DNA of 64,000 nt from Podarcis muralis (GCF_964188315.1 NC_135656.1:25234001-25298000); one strand, 5' to 3'; numbered from the stretch's first letter, positions 1-12,359 are shown. Numbers and translations are program-made. Notes: generated from the letters alone by a model not told the origin.

Positions 1-1684
1 CAGCCCGCTCTTATATCTCTGAATCAGGGCACTGTGTGCACAATCTTGAGAGTGTAGGGCAGACAATTGGAAGGGGGAGAAAAGAGTTCAGATGTAAGTT
101 CTAGGAAGAACTAATTACAGTGGAATTTCCCAAACATGTAACTGGTGCCTACTGACATTTTAGTAATAAGAACATGAAAATAGGATCCACATTAATTCCA
201 GCTCACAATCTTGAGCATCTTAGAGAACATCTATTACATTTCCCTCGTCTCTAACCTGATCCAAACATCACTACCTGCTCATATGCTTTTTTTATATAAA
301 AAAGGGGAGGGGGAGGAGAGAAGAAACTTCAGTGGCTTGTGGCATTTTGAAGGAAAAGTTTTCTAGCATCAATGGAATAATCTGCATAGAGTGTGTCACA
401 TATATCCAGTGCTTTTTTCCAAAAAAAAAATGTTTAAGAGTACTCTCATTTTGACTCAAGAAAATCACCACTTTATAGTTCAAATCAGGGAAAATAAATA
501 CAGTAAATGGACAAAAGATTCACAAAATGTTTAGGGGTATGCATCTCCCTGCGTCCCCCCAGAAAAAAGCACTGCATATATCTTTTATGTAAAATAACTT
601 ACTTCCATACTAATGTAATGGGAATGTTGACATTTCCGAAACACCACCATTGATTTTATATTTTATATGGCTCTGTTCACCAGCAAAGAACTTTCCTTTT
701 GTACTAGCAATTATGAAGCTTTGTTTTGCCTTCTCCTGCAGCCTCCTTATTTGCTCTGAGTTGTTCTATTAAACGATAACTTTCCAGCAGCTCCTATATG
801 GTACATTTGTTGCTTCTACTCATGCCTATGAAACACACTTTCATTGGGATGATAGGAGTTCATCTGTAGGAGAGGGGTCATTTTGCATGGCCGCTATGAC
901 AATGCTGGCTCATTAAGATCCCACTTTGGGGTAAAGGTTATCTTAGATTATCTACGGGCTTCTACACCATTGTTCTGTGATGATTCTCAGTTTGGCAGAT
1001 GTTGCATACTTTATAGAATGCATCTCATTGTTTTTAATGCGAGCGGTCTTGGGAACATATATATCCAGAAAAGCTGTATACAGTTTCTGAAATTAATAAA
1101 TATACCAGAATGAATCATTTCTACAGAACAAACAATTCCTGATCTGCTTGGTGCTTTGTGAAAGAACTGCCCCACCTGATTGGGGCTGCCAGTTTTAACA
1201 TCACTTGCTTGTGGGTTGATGGACAGGATGACCTCTCAAGTTGCATTGTCAGTACAGAGAGTGGCAATTGCTTGTTCAGTGACAGTGTGTGTGTGGTCTT
1301 GATTCAGCAGGCAACCCCACAAATTGGATATGAAGGTTTGTTGGGTTTTATATTTAAAAAGTTAACAAGAAGAAGACAAAAATCAGATGTCCACTACTAG
1401 ACACATCCCTGTTGGTCTCATTCCATAATCTCATGAATCTTTCATTACATAATGGAAATTATAGCCTCCTCTAAGTTATATTTCTTTCCAAAAATAACAT
1501 CCTGAAATGACACCCATGCCTCTGCTAGCACTGGAAGTAAATGTACAAAATGGGCAGAATTTTAAAAAACAGAATGAAATTTTAAACAATTTAGAATATG
1601 TTCTTAAAAAATCTTACATATTGTATTAGTTTTTTTCAACAAAAGCCTAAATCTTGTTTTTGTTGCTGTTGTGATGATGATGAT

Positions 1685-1730
1685 GGAATAGGATGTCCCT
1701 ATTTTCATTGGAGAAATGTTGGAGGGTAAG
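1685..1730. mobile_element. Terminal arm of the CAGACCCTCC/GGAGGGTATG MITE-like family, preceded by a degenerate (GAT)n tail
   Basis: ggaataggatgtccctattttcattggagaaatgttggagggtaag is nearly identical to 58182-58226 and to the reverse complement of 9816-9850. Confidence 0.7.
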
Positions 1731-2346
1731 CTGTTCAAGCTGGCCAGGACCCTGAAAAGGAGCAATCCTCTTAGAAGTCATTTTCCTGCAGCAGGAAATA
1801 CCCTCTGTCCCAAACAATGGAGTGCCTATTATATACATGTTCTGCATAGCTAATACCCAATGTATGCATTTTCTAACTTATAAAAATGCAAGTCTTGAAA
1901 TGACCAATTAGCAGTTTCGGTTATACAAACACACTACGAGACAAATGCCTTTCAGCTGCTATGCCCATTCACTGTTGAATCAGCTAAGCACTGCTGGTTG
2001 AAATGTCAACGAAACAGCCTATTAATTATAATTTTTAAAACTACTTGAGAGTTCAGGCCACATTAACAGAAAACGGGCTACATTAACAGAAAGTAGTCAA
2101 ACCTGATCCTCTGATTGTTGGTGAGGTGCCTTTTACCTGTTATTCAATGTGCTGTTATATTACATCAACTCATTTACTCTTCTCTGCCAGCAAGAGCTGG
2201 AAGTGAGGATTGGCGTTTTCTGTGTTCCAAAAGCTGCATGTAACCCATGAGGTTCCTTGGGAAAAGAAATCTGGAGAGAAACAGTCAAGTTCTCTACTTC
2301 TGGCAAAGGGGCGAAAATGTACATATATTGATTAAAACAAAAAAAA

Positions 2347-2428
2347 TTCCTTCCAGTAGCACCTTAAAGACCAACTAAGTTAGTTCTTGGTATGAGCTTT
2401 CGTGTGCATGCACACTTCTTCAGATACA
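2347..2428 (-). mobile_element. Penelope-like element terminal (pLTR) fragment
   Basis: ccagtagcaccttaaagaccaactaag...gagctttcgtgtgcatgcacacttcttcagatac resembles the widespread reptile PLE terminal repeat (recalled, not searched) and contains a hammerhead core. Confidence 0.65.
2390..2427 (-). ncRNA. Minimal type-I hammerhead ribozyme motif
   Basis: Minus strand reads GUAU-CUGAAGA-A-GUGUG(CAUG)CACAC-GAA-AGCU-C-AUAC. All core nucleotides are present, with a 4-bp stem I, 5-bp stem II and palindromic AGCU stem III; predicted cleavage between 2394 and 2393. Confidence 0.75.
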
Positions 2429-2445
2429 TATATTGATTAGACATA

Positions 2446-2703
2446 CAGTAGTACCTCGGGTTACATACGCTTCAGGTTACAGACGCTTCAGGTTACAGAC
2501 TCTGCTAACCCAGAAGCAGTACCTCGGGTTAAGAACTTCAGGATGAGAACAGGATGCTTCAGGATGAGAACAGAAATTGTGCTCCGGTGGTGCTGCAGCA
2601 GCGGGAGGCCCCATTAGCTAACGTGGTGCTTCAGGTTAAGAACAGTTTCAGGTTAAGAACGGACCTCCGAAACGAATTAAGTACTTAACCCGAGGTACCA
2701 CTG
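2446..2703. mobile_element. Tc1/mariner (pogo/Tigger-like) MITE, family A
   Basis: TA|cagtagtacctcggg ... cccgaggtaccactg|TA, i.e. TIRs plus TA TSD; same internal sequence as about 10 other copies in the window. Confidence 0.9.
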
Positions 2704-3302
2704 TATAGTATTTGGTTGTATGAACGCATGATTTGGTTAAGGGTTGATGAGGCCTACAGTTGGTGTGGCATAAGAGCCACTCACACAGATATGGCAGGAC
2801 AAATTTTTAGGAAACAGTGTTTCCAACTCTTGGTATTGACAAAATCCTGAAAATATAATGATGATCAGAATATCTACCTAATGGATATCTAGATGTGGTG
2901 GAGAGGAACTTTAGCCATGAAGCTCCTTAGGGGATCATGGGCCAATCACTTCCTCTCAAGGTAGCTTACCTCACAAGGTGATTTATACCCTGCTCTGTTG
3001 TTTTGTTCCAGGGGATTAGCCCCATGTCCCTTAAAAGGTTTTAAAAGTAGACCACATAATGGCTCCAAGAATAAATAATAGAGTGCTGAAAACAACATTA
3101 AAATACTGAGTTTAGCATCAACAATAAAATATACTGAACTCCTTAGAGAATGGAAGACACAAATAATGCTGATCTTTTTTTTTTAACAAATGCACACATA
3201 AACACACATTTCTGGATTTAGTGTATCTTTTAATACTGGGAGACATCATAAACTTTTTTATGGGTGCAGATCTGAGCAAGTGATCTTAATCAAATCAAAT
3301 TT

Positions 3303-3385
3303 GGGCTGGAATCCTAAACCTATCTACAAGGGAGCAAGCACCCTTTAATTCAGTAGGATTTTGCAAGTAAAGATGCTTAGGATCA
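3303..3385. mobile_element. Degenerate short palindromic MITE (GCTGCAATCCTA...TAGGATTGC family)
   Basis: gggctggaatcctaaacc...gcttaggatc; same layout as 44373, 48874 and 51073. Confidence 0.45.
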
Positions 3386-4129
3386 TATGCTGTCAGTCTC
3401 CACTTCTGACCTTAGTGTAGAAATTGGTAGCTACATCTTCATATCCCATCTAATTTAGGAGGTCAAATCAGTTGAGAGCAATGGTCCCTTCTGCCTTTGG
3501 AGGCCATGGATCTGACTGCCAAAGGAACCAGCTGCAGTCAACTTCTGTGCACTCCCCCATCCTTCTGTCAATCATCATTGGCCAAGTACCACCTCCTCCT
3601 TTTTTTTTTTAAACAGGATCTGGTTTCAGTTAGATGAATTAAATGGTACTGTAGGCTGTTCTAGTGTGGATGACAGCACCGTTGCATGACATTCAAGTCT
3701 GCATAACAGCCTCCTGCTCTGTGCTATTTATGTCTTTCTTTCAAATGTTTAATAAACACTTTTATATTGACATATTAAGGCGTCTCTATTGAGACCAATC
3801 CAAGTAGTATTTTGCTCCTACTAAACATAGATTCCAGCTCATTTCAAGCATATTTATATTCCCATGTTCAAACTATTGTACTTTACTTTGATCTATTTTA
3901 AAAGCACAGAAGAATAAGGCAAATTTCAAAATGAAGGGGCAACTGAGTTCTCTGTTTCCTTTTCCCAAATCTCCCCACTGGTTCTTGAAGTTGTTGCCAC
4001 CCTTTATACATGCAATATAAGGACCTCCTTAAATGGAAGGAATTACGCAACATGTACGGAGAAGAGAGCAACAAAAACTCACTATAGAAGGATATAGGGT
4101 GCAAACCGTTTTTCCATTCCACTAACTTT

Positions 4130-4208
4130 CAAGTATTTTATTGTCTAATATTCTGTTGGGAGCTGCCCAGAGTGGCTGGGGAAACCAGCCAGCTGGGTGG
4201 GGTATAAA

Positions 4209-4260
<52 letters not shown>
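4130..4260 (+). mobile_element. L2-clade LINE 3' tail with (ATT)n
   Basis: gctgcccagagtggctggggaaaccagccagctgggtggggtataaat followed by (att)n; same tail ends the longer L2 3' fragment at 34705-35022. Confidence 0.75.
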
Positions 4261-4261
<1 letters not shown>

Positions 4262-4997
4262 TCACTTGTCTTGCTTTCTACAAAATCTAGCATTCTTGTG
4301 TGGGCTTCTTTCCCAATCTTAATTTTTAAAAAATTATCTATATTCCCAATGCAAGAATAGCATGATCACACTCCCAGTTTCCAATGGAAAAAAGTACTAA
4401 GGTTTATTTAAAGCTGTGTACACACCATACATATGCCACAGTGTATACAAAGTCCTACTGCAAAGGAAGGCAGGGAGGAAAAAACGTGTGTTGCAACAAT
4501 TCATTTCCAATGTTACTGTAGCTCTCCATCTAAAGCCACCATATCTTTACATGGTGACAAGGCCACAGCTGTCAGATTGTTTTCAACCAGAATCTGTACA
4601 GGGTAAATGGTGGGTGGTGCAAGTGGTATGCATTTCATTCATGAGCATCTATGGTATCGGTATCTTCCATCATCTATATTTCCATTCATGAGCATCTATA
4701 TTTTTGTTGGATATGAACCGTTGGTTCCATAGTTATTGGATTTCCAATAACCGGAATGCGTCCAGTGAATCTGGCATAGCAAGGTGGTATCTGGGGGCAG
4801 CAGTGGCAAACAATATGCATTTAAAAATGAAAATTAAGATTATGCACAGAGATAAAAGGCTTTGTCAAGAGGAGTGTCTAGACGGAGCAGCAAGTGAAGA
4901 TGGAAACACAGGACAGAAGCATCTGTCAAGGATGCTTTATATCAGGGGTGGGGAATCTCTAGGTCTCTCTGGCCCTTCGGACTTTCTCCAGGCTATA

Positions 4998-5287
4998 CCC
5001 CAGTGTGGTGTAGTGGTTAAGAGCGGTAGTCTCGTAATCTGGGGAACCGGGTTCGCGTCTCCGCTCCTCCACATGCAGCTGCTGGGTGACCTTGGGCCAG
5101 TCACACTTCTTTGAAGTCTCTCAGCCCCACTCACCTCACAGAGTGTTTGTTGTGGGGGAGGAAGGGAAAGGAGATTGTTAGCCGCTTTGAGACTCCTGAA
5201 GGGGAGTGAAAGGCAGGATATCAAATCCAAACTACTCCTCCTCCTCCTCCTCCTCCTCCTCCTCCTCCTCCTCCTCCTCCTCCTCCC
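4998..5287 (+). mobile_element. Squam3-type tRNA/MIR-derived SINE with (CTC)n tail
   Basis: A box (tggtgtagtgg), B box (ggttcgcgtctcc), MIR-like core (gggtgaccttgggccagtcac) and aaatccaaac + microsatellite tail; sister copy at 9362-9615. Confidence 0.85.
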
Positions 5288-7565
5288 AGACCACATTCTC
5301 TCTTTCAAGGCCACAGCCTTTGCCTCACACTTTCTTGAGTGTTTGCCTGGCTCGAATGTGTCATTGAATTCTGATAATGCATCTTGCTTGATCGTTAAAG
5401 GATAGACAGGGGAGTCGCCATGTGTGTCGAAACTAGCCTACAGTACAAAAGAAAAAATTATATTCATTGCTCTCCCCACTTTTGTCTCTGGCCTCACCCC
5501 CCATTGGCTTGTGGTCACTATAAGGTTTCCCACAAGGGAAAGTGATCATTTGATTGGAAAAGTTTCCCTAAACCTATCTTAGATAATCAATCTATGTAAC
5601 ACACAGGCTACGGAATTGTGTTCTGCATTGAGTAGAGATGCCTGTCTCAGTGCAGAAGTTCACGTTTAGTGGCTTTTCTAGCTCTGTAATTTTTATATCC
5701 GTTCATCTTAGGCATGTAAACAGTTGGATGAATTCAGAGATAGATGAGCAGAACTTTGCTCAAGCAACAGGGGACCTCCCAAAAATCCATCTCAGAGGGT
5801 TGATGGAGTCTCTGGAATAGCATGTGATGGGGATAGAGGACTTCAGTGCAAGACATCTCTAAATTCAAGTCTGCATATTTCCCCTCTCCATAAGTTCAAG
5901 GTGTCATTTACTAAAACCAGATGCAATGACCAAAAGGGACAAAGCGATAGATCCAGTCTTGTTGAATCACCATCCCTCATAAAAATCCATGCTGCCAAAT
6001 GCCATTTCAAAGAGATGCATTTCCCAAAGGCCAGGAGGAAATCCACAATTTGAACATTGTCATTCTAGTGTAGACTTTTCTTTACCTTTTACAGCTAATA
6101 TGAATCCCACTGGAAGTAAACATTGACCAACTGGGTGCAAAGCTTGAGACTTCTAAGTTCCTTGGGCACCCTCAGAAGAGGAAGGAGCCCATTTAAGTCA
6201 ATGGACCCTAAGGGCACTGAGCTCTTAGGTCCACTGATCTCAATGGGATGTCAGCAGGCCCCATGAAAGCAAAAGTTTATCTCCTCACACACAGAATAGA
6301 GTGTGTATCTGTGTATACATACCTGGCGTCTTTGGAGCACAGTCGCTGGTTCCATAGAGACCTGGGGAAGTGAAAACTAAATTCACGTTCACATATAGCC
6401 AATCAGAGAAAGGGCTTCATTTGAGATGCTGCCTGCTGAAACAAATTTATTTTTCTTGAAAATGAGTAACCAGTGGATGGTCCGATTTCAAAACAGGTCA
6501 AAATGTTCCAGCTCTTCACATTTCTTAGTCTCAGAACAGAAAGTCTCGCAAGGTTACACAACTTCACTGGGAAAGGATGAAACAAAAAACAAAAAGCACT
6601 AAAGCTGATTCCAAACCCTCACTGATGAGTAGTGCGAAAGTGTGATGCGACTACTAAACCAAAGCTTGAGGTGAATTCATTGCATGCTTTGGAGATTACA
6701 GAGGGAAAGCCCCCCATTTCAAGCAAAGTCCCAGGCTGTTTTATTTATTTATTTATTTAATCAGATTTTCAGAACAGAAATACTTTGGAACATAGGTTTC
6801 ATGCTGCTTTCTTCACTTTTTCCCTATGACCAGATTCTTGAAAAATTCAAATTTCCCACTTTCTGCGGTGACTAGACAATGGCATCACAATGGCTCTTTA
6901 CAGGAACTGCAGGTCTGCATCAAGGCCTTTTCCAATGACAATGCTTCCATGACTAAGAAATGTTTCTATTTTCAAGACAGCACAGCAGCTTGGTTTTACA
7001 CAGACTCCCCTAATTCTAAACTGGTGATCTGAGGGCAACATCTTAGTGCTGCTGCAGACCCTACAGCAGCACTCAGGTCAAGATCACAGCGGAAGAGAAT
7101 GGCAAACAAAATTTCCTGTTGAGTTAGATCATGGATGGAGAAACCAATATCCTTCAACTCTCAGTGCACCCAGAGCAGTCATTTCATGTCCATGCCACAA
7201 ACAACAAATCTTCACAAGCCTTCCCTTCATGTAGTCTTCCTCCTTTCAGAACAGAGGAGTCAATTTCAGTAGACAGTTCTCTTGTTTGAAGGGGCTGTCT
7301 GGTCCAAATCCAGTTTAAAGAACCGTAAGAAGGGAGGGCAGGGATCACGGTGTGATCCATCTGTCGTATGCAGGTACACAGGTTGCGTGTTCACAGTCCT
7401 CCCTACAGTGGGATGTACTGCATTTCTCTTTTCTCTTTCGTGTTTTATTTTGCAGTTTTATGTTGCGAACTGCCCTGTGATCTTTGGGTGAAGGGCAGTA
7501 TGCAAACAACACCACCATCAAAAATATTTAAATCCTTACGATTGTTTCGAAACTTGCATCTATAC

Positions 7566-8132
7566 CAGTGCCGGATTTACGTGTAAGCTAAACAAGCTAC
7601 AGCTTAGGGCCCCACTCTCTTGGGGGCCCCCAAAAAAATTAAAGGGAAAAAAACCCTGGATGTACATTTCCAAAATACAGTGGTACCTCGGGTTAAGTAC
7701 TTAATTCGTTCCGGAGGTCCGTTCTTAACCTGAAACTGTTCTTAACCTGAAGCACCACTTTAGCTAATGGGGCCTCCTGCTGCCGCCGTGCCGCCGGAGC
7801 GCGATTTCGGTTCTCATCCTGAAGCAAAATTCTTAACGTGAAGCACTATTTCTGGGTTAGTGGAGTCTGTAACCTGAAGCGTATGTAACCTGAAGCGTAT
7901 GTAACCTGAGGTGCCACTGTATTAGATAAGAAACAAATAAAATGAAACCTACATACAGCAACAGTGGCAAATGGCTTTAGATACCTATTAGGTCCATAAA
8001 TTACCATATAGCATCTATTCAACACAAAAAACAGTGACAATTTTTTTTTTGTAGACAAAGGACAGCTGGACATATAAAGGGCCCCATTACCTTAAGTAGT
8101 TTAGGGCCTCATCAAACCTAAATCTGGCCCTG
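7566..8132. mobile_element. hAT non-autonomous element hosting a nested MITE
   Basis: TIRs cagtgccggattta / taaatctggccctg; perfect 8-bp TSD ATCTATAC at 7558-7565 and 8133-8140. Confidence 0.85.
7678..7919. mobile_element. Tc1/mariner MITE, family A (nested in hAT element)
   Basis: TA|cagtggtacctcggg ... gaggtgccactg|TA. Confidence 0.9.
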
Positions 8133-8175
8133 ATCTATACATATCAATCAGCATATGCATATGCTTTGCAAATGC

Positions 8176-8338
8176 CATAGAATCCATCATAGAATCTTAG
8201 AGTTGGAAGGGACCCGAGGGTCATCTAGTCTAACCCCCTGCAATGCAGGAATCTTAGCTAAAGAATCCATGACAGATGAGCATCCAACCTCTGCTTAGAA
8301 ACCTCCAAGGAAGGAGAGTCCACAACCTCCCGAGGGAG
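8176..8338 (-). mobile_element. CR1 LINE 3' end
   Basis: catagaatc...tagagttggaagggacccgagggtcatctagtc is the reverse complement of the CR1 3' terminus with its (ATTCTATG)-type repeat. Confidence 0.8.
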
Positions 8339-8515
8339 ATATGTGCCCTCTTTTCTCCTTTTTTTGGTGATACATTTCCTCTATTTTCATGATGCATAGA
8401 TGCCTACCCTATATATCCCATAATTCCAGAGTTATTGTGAGCAGACGGTGCAGAGGCTGCTGGTGTGCTGGTGAGGCATCACAGAGCTGCCATTTCAACA
8501 CTGGCATTGCAGTTA

Positions 8516-8767
8516 CAGTCATACCTCCGGTTAAAGACGCTTCAGGTTGAGCGTTTTCAGGTTGCGTTCCACGGCGACCCGGAAGTAACGTGACGGGTTA
8601 CTTCCGGCTTTCGCCGCTCGCGCATGCACAGATGCTCAAAATGATGTCACGCGCATGGGCAGAAGTGGCAAATTGGGCCCCACACATGCGCAGACGCAGG
8701 TTGCATTCTGCTCAGGTTGCGAACGGGGCTCTGGAACGGATCCTGTTCGCAGCCAGAGGTACCACTG
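8516..8767. mobile_element. Tc1/mariner MITE, family B
   Basis: TA|cagtcatacctc ... gaggtaccactg|TA; reverse-oriented relative at 17922-18179. Confidence 0.85.
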
Positions 8768-9361
8768 TACTTATCTGGACACTGCAGGGTCAGGGCTATG
8801 TGGGTTCATCAGCAGAACCAATTTTTCATTGCTACTAGTGCAGCTTCACAGTCCAAACTTGCCACCAGCCTGCAGCAATGCTGGCGTTACGAGAGCAGCT
8901 CTGGGTTATCACCCCACTGCGCCGGCCACTCTGGAGAGGGTTTTTCCTCAAAAGACCACTACTCAGGCATCTGTTTAGGCAGAGTAAGCCTTATGCAGAA
9001 TGGCATGTCAGGCGAGGAGAAGCTTTGATGTCCCCCTTCAGTTGATGAGTAACCTCATTATTGCATCTCTAGCCCATTTCATGACATTGATGCCAGATTT
9101 CCCCATCATAGACTTAGGCTAAATCTGCAAGCATGGAACTGATCAGTTTGTTGACTGTGCACCATGTTGGAAGTGAACCCCAACACAACACTGTCCAGTC
9201 ATAAGTGCTGTCAGATTTAAAAAAATACTGTAAATATGAACTGGTAATATTATTTATTTCCGATGTCGCGTGATTTGGCAGGTGCTCCTTGGACCCAAAC
9301 AACCATTGCAGTTGGCATACCCTGCAAGATTTCTCTGATGAAAATAGACACACTATTCTAT

Positions 9362-9615
9362 AAGAAGAAGAAGAAGAGTTTGGATTTGATATCCTGCTTT
9401 ATCACTACCCAAAGGAGTCTCAAAGCGGCTAACATTCTCCTTTCCCTTCCTCCCCCACAACAAACACTCTGTGAGGTGAGTGGGGCTGAGAGACTTCAAA
9501 GAAGTGTGACTAGCCCAAGGTCACCCAGCAGCTGCATGTGGAGGAGCGGGGAAGCGAACTTGGTTCACCAGATTACGAGTCTACTGCTCTTAACCACTAC
9601 ATCACACTGGCTCTC
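9362..9615 (-). mobile_element. Squam3-type SINE with (CTT)n tail
   Basis: Reverse complement of the 4998 element: aagaagaag...gagtttggatttgatatc ... cttaaccactacatcacactggctctc. Confidence 0.85.
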
Positions 9616-9623
9616 AACAGCAA

Positions 9624-9940
9624 AAACAACAACAATTTTATTATTCATACCTCACCCATTTGATTGGGTTGCTCCAGCCACTTTGGGCAGCTTCCAACTT
9701 ATATAAAAACATAATAAAACATTCAACATTTAAAAAATCCCCTCCCCTATCCAGGTATCTTCTAAAGGTTGTAAAGTTCCTTATCTTTTTGGCTCAGGGT
9801 TCTCATAACGCCAAACATACCCTCCAACATTTCTCCAATGAAAATAGGGGAAAGCGGGACACACTGGGATCAAATCAGAAACTGCGATGGCTTCTGTAAA
9901 TCCAGGACTGTCCCTGGAAAATAGGGACATTTGGAGGGTC
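9624..9940 (-). mobile_element. Chimeric repeat: CAGACCCTCC-family MITE unit joined to an L2 3' tail
   Basis: 9816-9940 is the MITE unit (cataccctccaacattt...ttggagggtc) and 9624-9745 an L2 tail; same order and linker as 57629-58226. Confidence 0.7.
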
Positions 9941-11103
9941 CTCCAGGTGTTCTTTTTGTTGCGCATTCATGATGCTCTGTGCTCTTGTTACCATTGGGGT
10001 TGTCACACATGATCCTGCTTTCAATACTGTTCGTCCCTGCAAAATTATGGGGTGGTCACACTGTTTCATTTCCAACCGGTTGATACCCTGCTGAAATCAC
10101 CTAACTTTTTAAACAAAAACAAAAAATGTTTGGGTTTATTTTGGTTCTTCTTTAGCTCCTCTGGAGAACAATGATGTGGTAGCGTTGAAGCAACATAGCA
10201 TAGCATACTAAGGCAGAATAAATCCGCTACTAATGCAATATTCCTGTGCCAAGAACATGTTGCAGAACAGCCACACAAAGGCAGCAGTCTGGAGAGGCCC
10301 TCGGTCTCTTTCATTCTTGAAAAGCCCATCATAAATACTTATTTTGAGATTTTCTTTCCATATTATTGCTTGCCTTGTCCTGGATTCCCTTCCAAGACAA
10401 TTACTCCTTTTAGCTGTGGCTCAGGCCAGCATTACATTTGTTCTCACATAAGCTGTTGTCTGACCTAGTCAATATGGGGGGGGGGGGGAGAAAAACAAAT
10501 TATAACCCCAAGCATGTTTTTAAATGGGAGATTACTGGCCTTTGGTTGCAGTGCACTTCCTTTTCACACCTCTTAATGTGCAGCTCCTTAAATCACCACG
10601 AAGGTTTCCAATTGCTGTTTGTTTTTCAAAGACAGCGTATTAAAATGTCGGTTCACGAGAGAGCAGTGGATGAAAAAAAAATGAGGGGGGGAAATGGCGA
10701 GGGGTGTTTTAAAGCTGCAGTTACAGCAAGTCATATGAATATTTCCAATAACCGTGTTCCAAGAAGTATTTTTGGAAGCATGAATGTTGTGTTTTTTAAT
10801 GAAGGCCATATTCTGAGGATACGACACCATATGTCACAATCATTCTTCGACCAAAAAAGTAAAAGGAAAGTATGCTAGGCTTTAAAGTGTTTTGGAAAAC
10901 TGTCTTTGCACGGCTGTCATTACTTGCGTGGCTGAGGGATTCTTTGTTTTTTAGCACATCCTAAATGAGATGTACTATATGCCTCAGAGGACGGAGCCTA
11001 TCCAACTTGCTGCTTGGGTAGAAAAAAATGATAGCTCACTTGTGATTTTCCTGGGTGACCCTTAGGGCAGCTAATCTGTGGCTGGTGTAGTAGAACAGGC
11101 CTT

Positions 11104-11790
11104 GGGGCCACAGTGATCCATGTGATGGTCACCTCCAGGCTTGATTATTGTAACTTGCCCTACGCGGGGCTGCCCTTGAAGCTGACCCAGAAACTCCAGC
11201 GGGTGCAGAATGCCATGGCAAGGCTTCTTATGGGGTCCTTGCCGTGGGCTTACATTCATCCAGTGCTTTACCAACTGCACTGGCTACCAGTGGAGTACAG
11301 GGTCAGGTTTACAGTGCTGGTTTTGACCTTTAAAGCCCTAGGACCCACGTACCTACGGGACTGCATCTCCTGGTATGCCCCGCGGAGGATCTTAAGGTCC
11401 ACAAATGACACCACTTTTGAGTTCCCAAGTCGCAAGGTAGTTAGATTGGTCTCAACTAGGGCCACGACCTTTTCAGTACTGGCCCTGACTTGGTGGAATG
11501 CTCTGTCACAAGAGACTAGGGCCCTGCGGGACTTGACATCTTTCCGCAGGGCCTGCAAGACAGAGCTGTTCCGCCTGGCCTTTGGTTTGAACTCAGTCTT
11601 TGGTTTTGGACCCTTATGTTTTGGACCCTTATGGTTTTGATCTATCGGCTACTATTAAAATGAGGCTGCATTTTAATTTTTTTTCCCTTTTCTCTCTCTC
11701 CCCCCCCCCCCCAATTATGTTTTTATTGTAATTTTACTGGTGTTAGCCGCCCTGAGCCCAGCTCTGGCCAGAGAGGGCGGGTATAAATAA

Positions 11791-11851
<61 letters not shown>

Positions 11852-11852
11852 T
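11104..11852 (+). mobile_element. 5'-truncated L2-clade LINE (ORF2 C-terminus, 3' UTR, (AAT)n tail)
   Basis: ORF 11113-11640 contains SRLDYCN..AGLP.K..QKLQRVQNA.ARLL and LHWLPV..R..F, typical of L2 ORF2; ends gagagggcgggtataaata(aat)n. Confidence 0.9.
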
Positions 11853-12359
11853 TAATTAATCAACCTATGGACTTTTAAACTGTGTGTGGAGTTATTGTTT
11901 CCATTTGTTACTATGTCAGGTATTTTTGTGTTTTTATCTCGTAAACTGTCTTGTGCTCCTTGGATGAAGGGTGCTATAAGTACAATATTTAATAAATCAA
12001 TCTCTCGTGAACTCCCATCATCAATGGCTTTTGGGTCATGCTCCCAAGGCTGATGGGAGCTACAAGGAGCAGGCAGAGCTGCCAGACAAGAATGCAAAGC
12101 CTCTTGTGGCTGTTTTCTCCACCCTGGGCCCCCAAAATGTTCACCATATGGGCTGGATATGCTGAATGGAGCTGAATGAATGAGGTGGTCCATGGAGTGT
12201 ACCGGTTCAAATTACATGTAAGGGGGTGCCACTTCTGAACATCTCCATTTGCAACACCCTCCCATCCAACCCCCCACCAAAGACTTCTGCAAATGGAAAT
12301 CTAGCACACAATGGAGAAAGATTCTAGCCCAGGCCTTCATCTGCTGTGTTGCTTTTCAG

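Noticed and set aside
4937-5405. Poly-Arg and poly-Leu ORFs
   Set aside because: Translations of the (CTC)n tail and body of a Squam3 SINE.
6622-6656. Second hammerhead-like core on the plus strand (CTGATGA-gtagtgc-GAAA-gtg...act-a)
   Set aside because: Stem II is only 1-2 bp and stem I cannot form (A2.1 faces C or A after either possible NUH); likely a chance match.
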